Source of the DNA: Octopus vulgaris
Lineage: Eukaryota
Assembly (NCBI GenBank): GCA_951406725.2
Contig: OX597818.1
Location: 93,186,001-93,250,000, forward strand
Reading direction: 5' to 3'
Length of the DNA stretch: 64,000 nucleotides
In this document: piece after piece, positions 1 to 12,825 of the stretch
How the letters are laid out: the number at the start of each line of letters is the position of its first letter
How positions within the stretch are numbered: position 1 is the stretch's first letter
Made by a program: the position numbers and the translations under genes
The notes under the pieces: generated by a model
Seen by the model: the letters and a program-made list of their open reading frames with translations, nothing else
What the model was told of the DNA's origin: nothing
Database searches by the model: none

Positions 1-360
1 TCACCCAAAAGCACAAGAAGTCAAGCAATGACCGTTGGTCAACCAAGATGTTATATTAACCTAGTTAATATGTATCTTCGCAAAATAAATTTGTTTAACG
101 GCTAATAAAACCATCTGTAGAATAAGATTGTGTACAATTCTATAGGATTAAGAGGCTGTACACGGTAACACTTGGCTTCCCGTGGTAACAGTTGACTGAT
201 TTACTTTTGACATTATGCACTAAGAACAAAAGCTGAATGTAAATTGTAAATTGTATACACTTGAGAATAGAAGCATTAAGACCATTTCTCAACAGAATAG
301 ATGTTGTTGTTTGCTCGAGTCAACAAGCTTTAAATATATATATTTATATAAGATATATCC

Positions 361-841
361 CCATCATTATCATTGAAGTTGTCATCATCATCGTTGTCAT
401 AACTTTGTCATCATCATCGTCGTCGTCGTCGTCATCGCAGTTGCCATCATCATTGAAATTGTCACTGTCATCACAATTAATATCATCATCATTATCATCA
501 TCCACATTGTCATCATCATCGTCATCGTCATCATCATTGAAATTGTCACTGTCATCACAATTATCATCATCATCATTATCATCATCATCATTGTCATCAT
601 CATCATCATCATCATCATCATTGTCATCGTCGTTGTCGTCATCATCATTAGCATCACTAGTGTTGTCATCATCATCATTACCATCTTCATTATCATTATC
701 GTTGTGATGATTGTCATCATCATCATCATCATCACCATCTTCATTATCATTATCATCAACATCGTCATTGCCATCATCATTATCATCATCCTTGTCATCA
801 TCAGCTCATCATTGCCATCATCCTCATCATCACGATCATCA
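361..841. repeat. Degenerate (ATC)n/(TCA)n trinucleotide low-complexity tract
   Basis: Run of atc/gtc/att triplets; explains the poly-Ser, poly-Ile and poly-Met ORFs. Confidence 0.95.
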
Positions 842-1234
842 TTTTACATCTGTTTTCCATGCTTACACAGATTGAACAGTTCCACTGGATCCAATGGATT
901 AGAGGAACCCCTTTTGCTCCAGAGTCTCAATTTTGACATGGTTTCCATGCCAACCACTTTACAGAATGCACAGCAGGATTTCCTTTTTGCTTCTGTTATT
1001 GCATCAGCACTAGTCGGATCACCTTGAAACTCACAATGCTAAAGAGCTTCCACAACTGAGGAGATTAGCAGAGAGAGGGAGGTGAGTTTAGGCAAGGTGA
1101 TGAGAAGTAAAAGACTGGTACTCTGTCAGTTGCAATGATGAGGGTTCCTGTTGATCCAAGCAGTGGATCAGCCTGCTTGTGAAATTAATGTGCTAGTGGA
1201 TGAGTACTCCATAGATACACATAACATTAACAAC

Positions 1235-1430
1235 ATCATCAGCATCAACATCGTTTAATGTCCGCTTTCCATGCTAGCATGGGTTGGACGATTTGACTGA
1301 AGGTTGGCGAACCAGATTGCTGCACCAGGCTCCAGTCTTGATCTGGCAGAGTTTCAACAGCTGGATGCCCTTCCTAACGCCAACCACTCCGAGAGTGTAG
1401 TGGGTGCTTTTACGTGCCAGTCAGGTGGTA
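1235..1430 (-). mobile_element. SINE family B (RTE-type 3' tail) fragment
   Basis: Reverse complement of the tail ccaacccatgctagcatggaaagcggac(g)ttaaacgatg, which recurs at 5127, 12490, 14168, 20663, 46088 and 59641. Confidence 0.8.
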
Positions 1431-1654
1431 CTGGCGGTACTGTGTCACTCTTTTTAGAGTGACACAGGATGGGAAATGGCTGGCCCTTTGAATTACAGGT
1501 ACTGCTCATTTGTACAAACAAAGTGGATTGTAGCAATGTGAAATAAAGTGCTTTGCTCAAGGACACAATGAGCCATCAAGAATTGAACTCACAACCATAC
1601 AAATCGACAGCCAAATACACTAACCACTAAGCCACGCACCTTCACAGTGATCAG

Positions 1655-2898
1655 AAGTATGATGAGAGAAACAGGTTAGTAGATGTGGCAGGATATATTA
1701 GTGAAATGACTGACAGAAATAGTGCTGGGGAAAGGATTAATGGAAAGGCAAGCAAAAGAGTGGTGTCAGGGGTTAGTGAGTTTGGCAGTGGTAAAAGAAG
1801 AAAAGGGTGGATTGAGTAGGAAGAAGTTCACAGTCACCCCATATTATATATGGATAGGGTGATGTTATATATATGGTTAGTGTGATGTTATATATATGGA
1901 TGGGGTGGATAGGGTGATGCCAGAAAAAGCAATAAAGATGATGATGATGAGAATTCAGAGTGTAGTACTCTTATAGTAGTATGTCCAAGAAAGAGAAGAA
2001 AACATGGTGACAGATGAATTAAGAAGGACAGGTAAAGTTTTGCAGGAATGTGTGTAGGAGTAGAGTGAGTGAGGGACAAAAACAGTGGAGTAGAAAATGA
2101 AGGTAGTCACCATCAAATGAAGGTTGATGGTAAATATAGGTAAAAAAAGTTCGCTGGTAAGAACGAGGGATGGATGGTTGTAGGATGAGGCAGAGGGAGT
2201 GATGACTGCCAGTACAGAAAGAGTAATGATGTATGTAGTAATGGGTCCTATTTCCATTAATTACAGCATCAGAATAAAACAGTAGATAGAAGAGAGATAG
2301 AAGGATGAGTGATAAAGAGATAAGAGGTGGGACAGCAGGTATAGATGTGCCAGGGATATACTGGGCAAGGGCCATAGATGTGTGCTTCCAGTCTCCATCA
2401 CTACTCTTTTACTCTTTTACTTGTTTCAGTCATGTGACTGTGGCCATGCTGGAGCAGCGCCTTTAGTCGAGCAAATCGACCCCTACCTTCATTTGATGGT
2501 GACTACCTTCATTTTCTACTCCACTGTTTTTGTCCCTCACTCACTCTACTCCTACACACATTCCTGCAAAACTTTACCTGTCCTTCTTAATTCATCTGTC
2601 ACCATGTTTTCTTCTCTTTCTTGGACATACTACTATAAGAGTACTACACTCTGAATTCTCATCATCATCATCTTTATTACTTTTTCTGGCATCATCCTAT
2701 CCACCCCACCTGTCTATATATAACATGGGGCGACTGTGAACCTCTTCCTACTCAATCCGCCCCTTTCTTCTTTTACCACTGCTAAATTCACTAATCCCAG
2801 ACACCACTCTTTTGCTTGCCTGTCTATTAATCCTTTCTGTTAGTCATTTCACTAATATATCCTTCCACATCTACTAATCTGTTTCTCTCATCATACTT
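1655..2898. repeat. Inverted duplication, arms 1655-2124 and 2485-2898
   Basis: The arms are reverse complements with substitutions and indels; the ORF track shows the same peptide on opposite strands (1955..2257 - and 2382..2654 +). Confidence 0.95.
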
Positions 2899-3019
2899 TG
2901 TAAGCCTAGTACTTATTCTATCGGTCCCTTTTGCCGAACCGCTAAGTTACGGGGACGTAAACACACCAGCATCGATTGTCAAGCGATGTTGTGGGGCACA
3001 AACAGAGACACACAAACAT

Positions 3020-3020
<1 letters not shown>
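2401..3020 (-). mobile_element. SINE family A 3' half, interrupted by an inverted copy of the flanking DNA
   Basis: Family A sequence at 2401-2483 resumes at about 2897 (tttgtaagcctagtacttattc). Confidence 0.85.
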
Positions 3021-3116
<96 letters not shown>

Positions 3117-3135
3117 CATACATATATACATACAT

Positions 3136-3560
3136 AGGCACAGGAGTGGCTCTGTGGTAAGTAGCTTGCTTACCAACCACATGGTTCTGGGTTCAGTCCC
3201 ACTGTGTGGCACTTTGGGCAAGTGTCTTCTACTATAGCCTCGGGCCAGCCAAAGCCTTATGAGTGGATTTGGTAGACAGAAACTGAAAGAAGCCCGTCGT
3301 ATATATGTATATATATATATATATGTGTGTGCATGTGTGTTTGTGTGTCTGTGTTTGTCCCCCTAGCATTGCTTGACAATCGATGCTGGTGTGTTTATGT
3401 CCCCATCACTTAGCGGTTCAGCAAAAGAGACTGATAGAATAAGTACTGGGCTTACAAAGAATAAGTCCCGGGGTCGAGTTGCTCGACTAAAGGTGGTGCT
3501 CCAGCATGGCCGCAGTCAAATGACTGAAACAAGTAAAAGAAAGAAAGAAAGAATAAAGAA
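3136..3560 (+). mobile_element. tRNA-derived SINE family A, full length
   Basis: Head aggagtggctgtgtggtaag...ggttcagtccc with A/B-box-like motifs, internal TA/TG tract and gaaacaagtaaaaga tail; about 20 copies or fragments in the window. Confidence 0.9.
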
Positions 3561-3724
3561 TATATACGACGGTCTTCTTTCAGTTTCCGTCTACCAAATC
3601 CACTCACAAGACTTTGGTTGGCCTGAGGCTATAGTAGAAGACACTTACCCAAGGTGCCATGCAGTGGGACTGAACCTGGAACAATGTGGTTCATAAGCAA
3701 GCTGCTTACCACACAGCCACTCCT
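3561..3724 (-). mobile_element. SINE family A 5' half
   Basis: Reverse complement of the family A head. Confidence 0.85.
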
Positions 3725-4224
3725 ATTAATTGAAGTATCCAATATTATATATCCATTACAGCAGCTTTTACAATCAATTCCACACTAGAGGTCACAAAGG
3801 AGCAAGACATATCAAAGCATATCAAAGTGAAGCACGCCACAAATTGACTAGACAGTATGTCACAAAACAGGCAGTTAATTAATCCATTATCAGAGCACAG
3901 AATGTTTTGACAAAGGAAAGTACACTGTCGTTATGTAATCTACAATTTCAATAGTATCCAGAAATGAATGAAGCCTTGAGTGTGGCATAAAAACTTGTTG
4001 ATGATCTGTTAATTAATCAACCTGTCACTGCTCACCTTTTTGGTTAACCTGATGACCTGAAAGTTGTGTAATATATTAGGTAATGTTATGGGTGTTGTGC
4101 TTGTACTAACTATACTATGCTTGTGTCACAGTAAAGAATCTTAAAACAATTGTAGCAATACCAGGTAACAGATTACCAATGCAGTTGTTACAATTATTCT
4201 TATCATATATATCATAGGCACAGT

Positions 4225-4547
4225 GAAGGTGCGTGGCTTAGTGGTCAGGGCATTCAGCTCACGATTGTAAGGTTGTGAGTTTGATTCCCGGCGACACATT
4301 ATGTCCTTGAGCAAGACAATTTATTTCATGTTGCTCCAGTCCATTCAGCTGGCAAAAATGAGTTGTACCTCTATTTCAAAGGGCCGGCCTTGTCACACTC
4401 TGTGTCATACTGAATATCCCTGAGAACTATGTTAAGGGTACGCGTGTCTGTGGATTGCTCAGTCACTTGCACGTTAATTTCATGAGCAGGCTGTTCCATT
4501 GATCGTATCAGCTGGGACCCTCGTCGTCATAACCAACGGAGTGCTCC
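4225..4547 (+). mobile_element. tRNA-derived SINE family C
   Basis: Head ggtgcgtggcttagtggtcagg...gagtttgattcc, then tgtccttgagcaagac; related copies near 1480-1645, 11230, 42428, 44960 and 53704. Confidence 0.8.
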
Positions 4548-4551
4548 ATCA

Positions 4552-4965
4552 TAGGTGCAGGTGTGGCTGTGTGGTAAGAAGCTTACTACCTAACCACATG
4601 GTTCAAGGTTCAGTCCCACTACGTGACACCTTGGGCTAGTGTTTTCTGCCATAGACTCAGGTTGACCAAAGCCTTGTGAGTGGATGAGGAAGACAGAAAT
4701 TGAAAATGTGTGTGTTTCTATGTGTGTGTACATGTGTGTGTGTGTGACTTTGTGTCTCTGTTTGTCCCCTACCTCTGCTTGATGACTGGTGTTTGGTATC
4801 TTTATGTCCCCATAAGTTGGCGGTTCAGCAAAAGAGACTAGTAAAATAAGTACCAGGCTTGAAAAAAGAAATGTACTGGGATCGATTCATTTGACTGCAA
4901 ATTCTTCAACATGGTGCTCCAGCATGGCTACAGTCTAATGAGTGAAACAAGTAAAAAATAAAAGG
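4552..4965 (+). mobile_element. SINE family A (diverged)
   Basis: Aligns by eye to 3136-3560. Confidence 0.85.
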
Positions 4966-5009
4966 TACAAATTAAATACATTTTTTCTCTCTCTGTTTTT
5001 TCATTCTCT

Positions 5010-5110
5010 CTTGTCATCCTTCTGTGAGGTCCAACATCTGAACATTCTTTCTCGCCACTTCATCCCACATCTTTCTGGGTCTACCCCTTCCACACATTCC
5101 TTCCACAATG
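5010..5110 (-). mobile_element. RTE-clade LINE C-terminal fragment
   Basis: Translates VEGMCGRGRPRKMWDEVARKNVQMLDLTE, the RTE C-terminal GRPRK.W motif. Confidence 0.75.
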
Positions 5111-5126
5111 ATATATATATATATAT

Positions 5127-5378
5127 GGCACGTAAAATGCACCAATCCGACCATGGCCGTTGCCAGCCTAGCCTGGCACCTGTGCAGGTGGCACGTAAAA
5201 AGCACCCAAAACACTCATGGAGTGGTTGGCGTTAGGAAGGGCATCCAGCTGTAAAAACATTGCCAGATAAGACTGGAGCCTGGGGCAGCCTTCTGGCTTC
5301 TCAGATCCCCGGTCGAACCGTCCAACCCATGCTAGCATGGAGAACAGACGTTAAACGATGATGATGATGATGATGATG
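5127..5378 (+). mobile_element. SINE family B (RTE-type tail)
   Basis: tggcacgtaaaa...ggttggcgttaggaagggcatccagc...gttaaacgatgatgat. Confidence 0.85.
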
Positions 5379-5420
<42 letters not shown>

Positions 5421-5423
5421 ATA

Positions 5424-5738
5424 CAGGTGGGGGGCTCCGAAAGGTGTCTCAGAGTGTAGAGTTCCTGCCTTCCTGAGCTAGCTTTCCACATTTCTTAAAA
5501 ATCGTGGTAGAGGCCTTCATCTTGGGACCACTCATGTCTAGAAACTGAGGTTGGGGGTAAGCAAAGGCATGCTCCCTGTAGAAAATCCAGCTCCAAAAAT
5601 GCTTCATGATAGCAAAGGAGAATAGGCACTGGCCAGCCAAAAGGTTGGGGTGGGCTGCACCAGCCTACCTCGGTTGCTATGGCATTGAGATAGATCCGGC
5701 AACCACTGATAATGTGAACAAAACCCAGACTTAAAACA

Positions 5739-5774
<36 letters not shown>

Positions 5775-5786
5775 AATGATGATGAT

Positions 5787-5789
<3 letters not shown>
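5424..5789 (+). mobile_element. SINE-like element with (GAT)n tail
   Basis: GC-richer body with aagggcatgctccctgta-like motif ending in (gat)n between TA tracts; single copy in the window. Confidence 0.5.
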
Positions 5790-5839
<50 letters not shown>

Positions 5840-5935
5840 TTTAAATTCACTCATGGTAACATTAAAGGTATGCAAATAAAGTATAAAGCTTTCTATGATT
5901 ACAGTATAGTCCGTATATACAGTATTTACAGTAAT

Positions 5936-6169
5936 GATTACAGTATAGTCCGTAGTATCCATGGGCATTCAGATGACCATCATCATTGATTCATTTCATC
6001 AGGCATTTCATCAGCTATATTTAATCATATAACTAAATTGGTTTTCATATTGGAAAGAAGATATAACATCCATCTGTGATTCATCCACTAATGCAGTATC
6101 ACCTGATGAAATGAATCAATGATGATGGTCAACCGGATGCCCATGGATACTATGGACTATACTGTAATC
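5936..6169. repeat. Inverted repeat, 68-bp arms (5936-6003 / 6102-6169), probably Penelope-like
   Basis: gattacagtatagtcc...catttcatcagg versus cctgatgaaatg...ggactatactgtaatc; a degenerate hammerhead-like motif follows at 6187-6224. Confidence 0.85.
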
Positions 6170-6272
6170 TCCCAAGGATACAGACTCTGATGTTAAAGTC
6201 ATGTGATTTATGGAAACACGTGTAGCAATGCATTAAATATTTATAAATTGCATCCTAGAATTATTGTTATTA

Positions 6273-6303
<31 letters not shown>

Positions 6304-6396
6304 CATCATATATATATATATATACACACATATACATATACATGTATATATAAATATATATATATATATACACACACACACGCATATATATATATA

Positions 6397-7655
6397 CACG
6401 GGAGTTTGTACAAAATAATGGAAACACCTAACATCATAGCATCGTAATTTTGAAATATCTATAAAACCATCAAAAGCTTGTTTATTTTTCTGTTTTTTTA
6501 TTTATTTATTATTAGTATTGCTTAATATGTTTTGCTAAAATTGCTGTTTCTTTTCAGATATCATCAAAAAATGGTAATTAAAATTCATCAGACTTTCAAA
6601 GAGGTCAAATTGTTGGTGCTTGTATGGCAGGCACCAGCTTAACAAAAAATGCCGAAATGTCTGGTGTATCAAGAAGTACTGACTCGAAAGTAATGACAGC
6701 CTTTGAGAAAGAGGGAAAAACCTCCTTGTCAAAACAAAACTCCAGAAGAGAATCAAAACTTTTAGATAGGGACCGTTGGACTCTTACACGAATTGTTAGA
6801 AAGGATCACAAAAGTACAGCTCCCAAAATTACTGCTGAGCTTAATGACCACCTCAAGAACCCAGTTTTCACAAAAACTGTTTGCCAGGAGCTACACTAAG
6901 CCAGATTTTGCAGGAGGGCTGCAATCAGAAAACCACTACTTTCAAAAACAAACAGTGTAAAGCATTTAGAGTGGAGTAAAATCCTACAGAATTGGTCCCT
7001 AGAGCAGTGGAAGAATGTTATTTTCTTGGACAAGTTATCCTTTACCTTATTTTCGACCACCGGCTGAGTATACGTATGGAGACATCCAAAAGAAGCATTT
7101 GACCCAGACTGCCTTCTTCCAACTGTTAAACATGGAGGAGGAATTGTGATGAGGGGCACTATATCTTGTAAATCTGCCAGCCCAATGGTTTCCCTTCATG
7201 GCGGAATTAATAGTCAAGACTATTTAAGCATTTTATCAGATCAAATTCATCCTATGGTTGCAGAACTGTTTCTGGAAGGAAATGCAATCTCTCAGGATGA
7301 TAATGCACCAATTCACACAGCTCAAGTTGTTACTGAATGGCACGAGGAACATTCTAGTGAAGTTGAACATCTTATCTGGCCACCACAGTCTCCAGATCTC
7401 AATTTTATTGAACATTTATGGTGCATTTTAGAAAAACAAGTAAGGAGTCGATATCCTCCACCACATCACTACAAGAACTGGAGACTGTTTTAACTGAAGA
7501 ATGGACAAAAATTCCTTTGAAAACAATTCAAACTTTGTACAAGTCCATACCTCATAGAACTTAAGCCGTAATTACTGCCAAAGGTGGTCCTACCCCATAT
7601 TAAAATTAATTTATTTGAAATTTTAAGGTGTTTCCATTATTTTGCCCAACCCCTG
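6397..7655 (+). mobile_element. Full-length decayed Tc1-family (DD34E) DNA transposon
   Basis: TIRs ...caaaataatggaaacacct / aggtgtttccattattttg...cccctg; broken transposase with paired-like HTH (FQRGQIVG), TVKHGGG, QDDNAPIH and WPPQSPDLNFIEHLW; several stops and frameshifts. Confidence 0.95.
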
Positions 7656-8179
7656 CATATAAATATATATATGTATATATGCATGTGTTTTATTTATTAA
7701 TTTATTATATGACGGAACGCACGCATCCATTTTTAAGTAAGATTGTTCTTGATATTAATAATGATGCGCACTCTTAACCTTTCTGAGCCTTCATTCTTTC
7801 TGGTTTCCTTTTCTTCTACCTTACTGTCTCTCCCTCTCTCTCATTCTTCATTCTTTCTGGTTTCCTCACAACCATTCCCTTTTTCTCTCTCCCTTTCTCT
7901 TGCTCCTCCTCCTCCCTCCCATCGTTGACCCGTGACGAGAGCTCTGCTACTGTCTTTCTGACCTGACTTCCTTGAAGTGTGGACGGCATTTTCTGTTGCC
8001 CCTTCACCATTCTCAAAAATAGCGTTCGTAATACTTTTTTTCGTTCGGCTTAACAGCCCTTCTTGTCTTGTTATTCTCCTTGTTCTGTCTTTTACTGTTT
8101 ATATTTTGTACTGTCGTTACTGTCCTGTTTTTGTTACCATTTTTACCCCTCCGCAAAAAGATCTCAAATTTTATTTAAT

Positions 8180-8405
8180 TTGCTTTTCGCGGGAAGGAAA
8201 GTTTCTATTGAAGATGCGTATTGCCTTCACCTTCGAAATGCAGAGTAGATGAAACCATGGTGACTGAAGAAGGGGAATTTTCCTTGTGTTATTTGTCCTG
8301 TACTCTATTTTTTCCTTGTTTAAGAAAAATGTCCAGTTCCTTGGTTTTGTGTTTATATTTTCGTTTCTCATTGTGTTCGACGTTTTTTTGGTGTCCTGTA
8401 CCCAT
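8180..8405 (+). mobile_element. Penelope-like short repeat (CGAAA...CTGAAGA family)
   Basis: Same architecture and 3' end (gtcctgtaccc then TA tract) as the arms at 63516-63834. Confidence 0.55.
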
Positions 8406-8915
8406 ATATGTGTGTATATATGCATGTAGAGGTAGGTACGTACATATATGTATGTATATATGCATATGTTTTATTTATTAATTTATTATATATATATATA
8501 CATACACATATACACATATACATATATATATATATTTACACATATACATGCATGTATGTATATATACATATATAAATATACACATATTCATATATATATA
8601 TATATACACACACACATATACATATATATATGTATGTATATATATGTGTATGTGTGTGTGTTCAATAAGTTTAAAAATGGAGAGATTCAATGGATGCAAA
8701 TTAATTTATTAATTATTCAACATTGCCTACAATTGTTTCACTTCACACCCAATTTAAATTACAAAACATATATTCATATAATAATATAAGTTTGCATTTT
8801 GAGTACCCTGGGTGGAAGATCTTCGGGGCAAAATGGACATTACAGAGTTTACATTTTGATCAGTTGAAATACTCCAACAGACTAAGCAGATGACAGCAGG
8901 TTTATTGTGTGTGTA

Positions 8916-8954
<39 letters not shown>

Positions 8955-9078
8955 TATGCGCGCACAAGCATTAATATTTTTATCTTTATTTGAATACAAT
9001 AGTAATAATAATAATAATAATAATGAATTAAAGTGTATATATATGTATATATATATATATGTATATATGAAGGAATAC

Positions 9079-9470
9079 AAAAAATGGGACAAGAATGCAA
9101 AACATCCAGACAGCTAGATGATACAAAAAAAAGGGACAGCAAAGCATCCAGACAGATGATAAAAGAGCAAAAGAGGGACAAAAAAAACACAGACGGGTCA
9201 TTCAAAGTTTTTTTTCCTCAGTCAAGTTCCAGATTATCTTTGCAATTTTGGCTGGTTATACTTGAGATTGCTGGCCAGATTAGAGCAATCTTGAGTATAA
9301 CCAGCCGAAATTGCAAAGATAATCTGGAACTCGACTGAGGAAAGAAAACTTCAAATGACCTGTCCGTGTTTTTCTTGTCCATCTTTTGTATCATCTGTCT
9401 GGATGTTTTGCTGTCCCTTTTTTGTATCAATCTAGCTGTCTGGATGTTTTGCATTCTTGTCCCATTTTTT
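9079..9470. repeat. Palindrome of about 190-bp arms from a Penelope-like short element
   Basis: Arms meet at gagattgct-ggccagattag-agcaatctt (9264-9292); single-arm copies occur at 36700-36870 and 47890-48020. Confidence 0.9.
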
Positions 9471-9737
9471 AAAATTCTTTTTTATATATATATGATGGCG
9501 TAGTACACTTTGGTCTCTTACATACACACACACACACACACACACACATATGTATGTATATTCTTTCATCTTAAATAGATATGTGTGTATGTGTGTATAT
9601 GTATATATATATACTGTTGTGTCTGGGGAGAGTTATTCTCTTTTAGTGTCTTATAATTTAACACACTCACTGGTAAAATTTCCACTTATTTCTTTTTTAT
9701 TTTTCTAAAATTTTCATTGTGTTTTGCAACCTTTTCA

Positions 9738-9778
<41 letters not shown>

Positions 9779-9779
9779 C

Positions 9780-9975
9780 AAAGGGAAAGTTTACGAAAAT
9801 AAACAAAAGACGAAGGCAGGTGGAGTACAAACAAACAAATGTATTAGTATAGCACTCAGGAATAGAAGTAGAAAAAGTCTTTTACGTTTCAAGCCTACGC
9901 TCTTTGACGGAAAGATACTCAGAAAAAACAAGGAGAGAAAAAAATGTGTGTAGGAGCCAACGATCTATCATGGCG
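9780..9975 (-). mobile_element. Family H1 (about 190 bp) with hammerhead-like motif at 9879-9914
   Basis: Reverse complement of the element at 27435-27615; flanked by TA tracts. Confidence 0.8.
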
Positions 9976-9999
9976 TCCATACACATACACACATATATA

Positions 10000-10055
<56 letters not shown>

Positions 10056-10499
10056 ATTGTTTTCCAAAGTGGAGGCGAACACCTTTCTCTATGTATATAT
10101 ATACACACCCACTCACCCATAAATCTAAGCATATTTTGATGATGGTAATGATGAAGATGAAGAGGAGAAGAAGGAGGAGGAGGAAGATGCTATGTAAGCA
10201 CTAACATATTACATATACAATATAACTAACTTACATTTCTGCACATGTAAATCCATTCAAAGCAACAATAACAACCACCACTACAACAACAACAACAACA
10301 ACAACAATATAGGTCAATACTGTTCAATTAAAAGTGGAATTTCTCCAACATTATCTGAAGTTGGACAAGTTTACCAGATAAGAAAGAAAACCGCATTCCT
10401 GTGTGTGAACAGAAGATGGGGAGGGTGGCACCTGATTATATACTGTTTATGGATTCCTGAAGACATTCAATAGTGCTTCATGTGGGTAGGAAGTGTGTT

Positions 10500-10534
<35 letters not shown>

Positions 10535-10952
10535 GTGCATGCTAGATATTATAGAAATATTCACACACACACACACAAGCATGTATGTGTATATATATGT
10601 ACACACAGATGTATGTGAGTATATGTGTGTCTGTATATGTATATATATGTGTGTGTGTATGTGTATAATTAATATATATACATATATATAGAGAGAGATA
10701 CTCACACATACACACACATATATATATACTATGTATGTAATATCATCATCATCATCGTTTAACGTACGCTTTTCATGCTGGCATATGTATATATTATATT
10801 ACACAAACAGACACGCCCACACACATATGTATATACACACACACAGACATATATATTAAACATGTGTGTGTATAAATATATATATATATATACATATATA
10901 TATACACTGTTATATGTATATATATGTGTCTGCGCGTTTGTGTGTGCATATT

Positions 10953-10985
<33 letters not shown>

Positions 10986-11041
10986 ATTTATATTTATATG
11001 TAAGTTTGTACATATATATAGATATGTATTTGATGTATTTG

Positions 11042-11086
<45 letters not shown>

Positions 11087-11099
11087 TCACATACATACA

Positions 11100-11218
11100 T
11101 TTTCTCTCCCTGATTTTTTTCTCTCTCTTTCTGTCAAAGAGCATAGGCTCAAAACGTCAAAGACTTTTCCATTCTTCCTGAGCGTCAAACTAATACACCT
11201 GTTTGTTGCTCTCACCTG
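11100..11218 (+). mobile_element. Family H1 fragment, hammerhead-like motif at 11127-11162
   Basis: cttt ctgtcaaa gagc atag gctc aaaa cg tc aaag. Confidence 0.75.
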
Positions 11219-11511
11219 GTCCCTCACCTGTGGCTAAGTGGTTAGGGTGTTGCACTCATAATAGTAGAAGGCTGAGGTCTCAATTTATGGACTGGGCGAT
11301 ATGTTGTGTTCTTGGGCTGATCACTTCATTTCACGTTGCTCCAGTCCACACATCTGGGAAAAATAAGTAATCCTGCTATTGACTAGTGTGCCATCTAGGA
11401 GGGTGGGGAGTATATATGCCATGGAATCTGGGAAACCCATTTTATAAGCCTATGGCTCAGGAAAGATTTTTTTGATATATGCTATATGATACATATACGT
11501 ACGTACATACA

Positions 11512-11543
<32 letters not shown>

Positions 11544-11544
11544 C

Positions 11545-11900
11545 ATGCGTAGACTGGAGAGAAATGAAGGCAGTATGCTCTTTGGATGTGCAACATCAGT
11601 GTGGATGTACAACAAAGTGCAAATATATTGAAAGAAAAGTTAGGCATAAGAGGAATCGAATGCAGCAAGCAAAAGCGAAGACTACGTTGGTTTGGGTATG
11701 TGATGCATATGAATGAAGACAGCTGCACAAAGAAATGATCACCAAAAGTGGATGGTACCCGCAGAAGAGGGAGCCCCAGGAAAACATAGGATGAAGTGGT
11801 AAGGGCTGATCTCAGGATGTTGGACCTCACAGACGAAATGACAATAGACTGAGATATCTGACAAAATAAGGTTCTTGAGAAGACCCACCCACATCAGTGA
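11545..11900 (+). mobile_element. RTE-clade LINE 3' remnant
   Basis: Frameshifted LERNEGSML...KEKLGIRGI...RRLRWFGYVMHM...GTRRRGSPRKT*DEVVRADLRMLDLT. Confidence 0.85.
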
Positions 11901-12794
11901 AACTGAGTTTTAGAAGCATTGTGTGTTCCACCCATACGTAACAAGAAAACTTTTCACACACAGACCAAACTACATCTCTTCTCTTCCTCACATCACTTTC
12001 ATGCACTATGTACCCAGGTTATCACTACTCACTGCATTTCCCTCCCCCACTCTCTATTCTTGCTTCTTTGGCGATGTCCTGCCACTTATATAATTACATC
12101 CATACCTCAAGGTTATGCCCTGGCATTTGCTACCATCTATCTCTCTCTTCTTTTACTTGACCATTCCATTTATATTCTGATCTCCATTCCTTGTGAGTAT
12201 GCCTGGGCACTTTACTACCATCTCCTTCCTGTGTTCTCTTGCACTCTTGCTATCTCCCACTCTCTCTCTCTCCTTGTGCTCTTCCCTCAGGCTGGGTAAC
12301 CATGTATCTCCTTTACAGCAGCACACATGTTTCTGTCCTCACTCTCTCTCTCTTTCCCCCTTCTCTCTCTCTCTCTGTCTCTGTGGGTAACCTGTTTCTG
12401 TCTCTCTGCCTCACTATATCCTATATCTTTTCATCATCTGAGACAAGATCACCTCCTCCAATACCTACTCCCCTCTCAAAGGATCTTTGTCTTGCAAGTT
12501 ACTTAGTAACCCTGCCAGTGCCAATGCCACATAAAATGGATGCAGTCCACACCATAAAGTGGTTGGCATTCGGAAGGGCATCCAGCTGTAAAAACCTTGG
12601 CAAAACTGACTTTGCTTGTGCTTGTGCCATGTAAAAAGTACTCAGACCACTCTGCTGGGTGGTTGGTGTTATGAAGGGCATCAAGCCATAAAAACTGTGC
12701 CAAAACAGACACAGAAGTCTGGTGCAGGCTCCTGTCAAACTGTCCAACCCATGCTAGCATGGAAGGTGAATGTTAAACGATGCCGATGATGATG

Positions 12795-12825
<31 letters not shown>

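Noticed and set aside
261-1027. Poly-Ser, poly-Met and poly-Ile ORFs
   Set aside because: Translations of an (ATC)n microsatellite; no domain or splice context.
3373-3696. Recurrent peptide MT.DAGVF.SPSLSGSAK (also 21949, 56222) resembling a gene family
   Set aside because: It is an open frame through SINE family A.
4050-4066. CTGATGA-cct-GAAA (similar on the minus strand near 40995-41008) as hammerheads
   Set aside because: Only 3 nt separate the boxes, so stem II cannot form.
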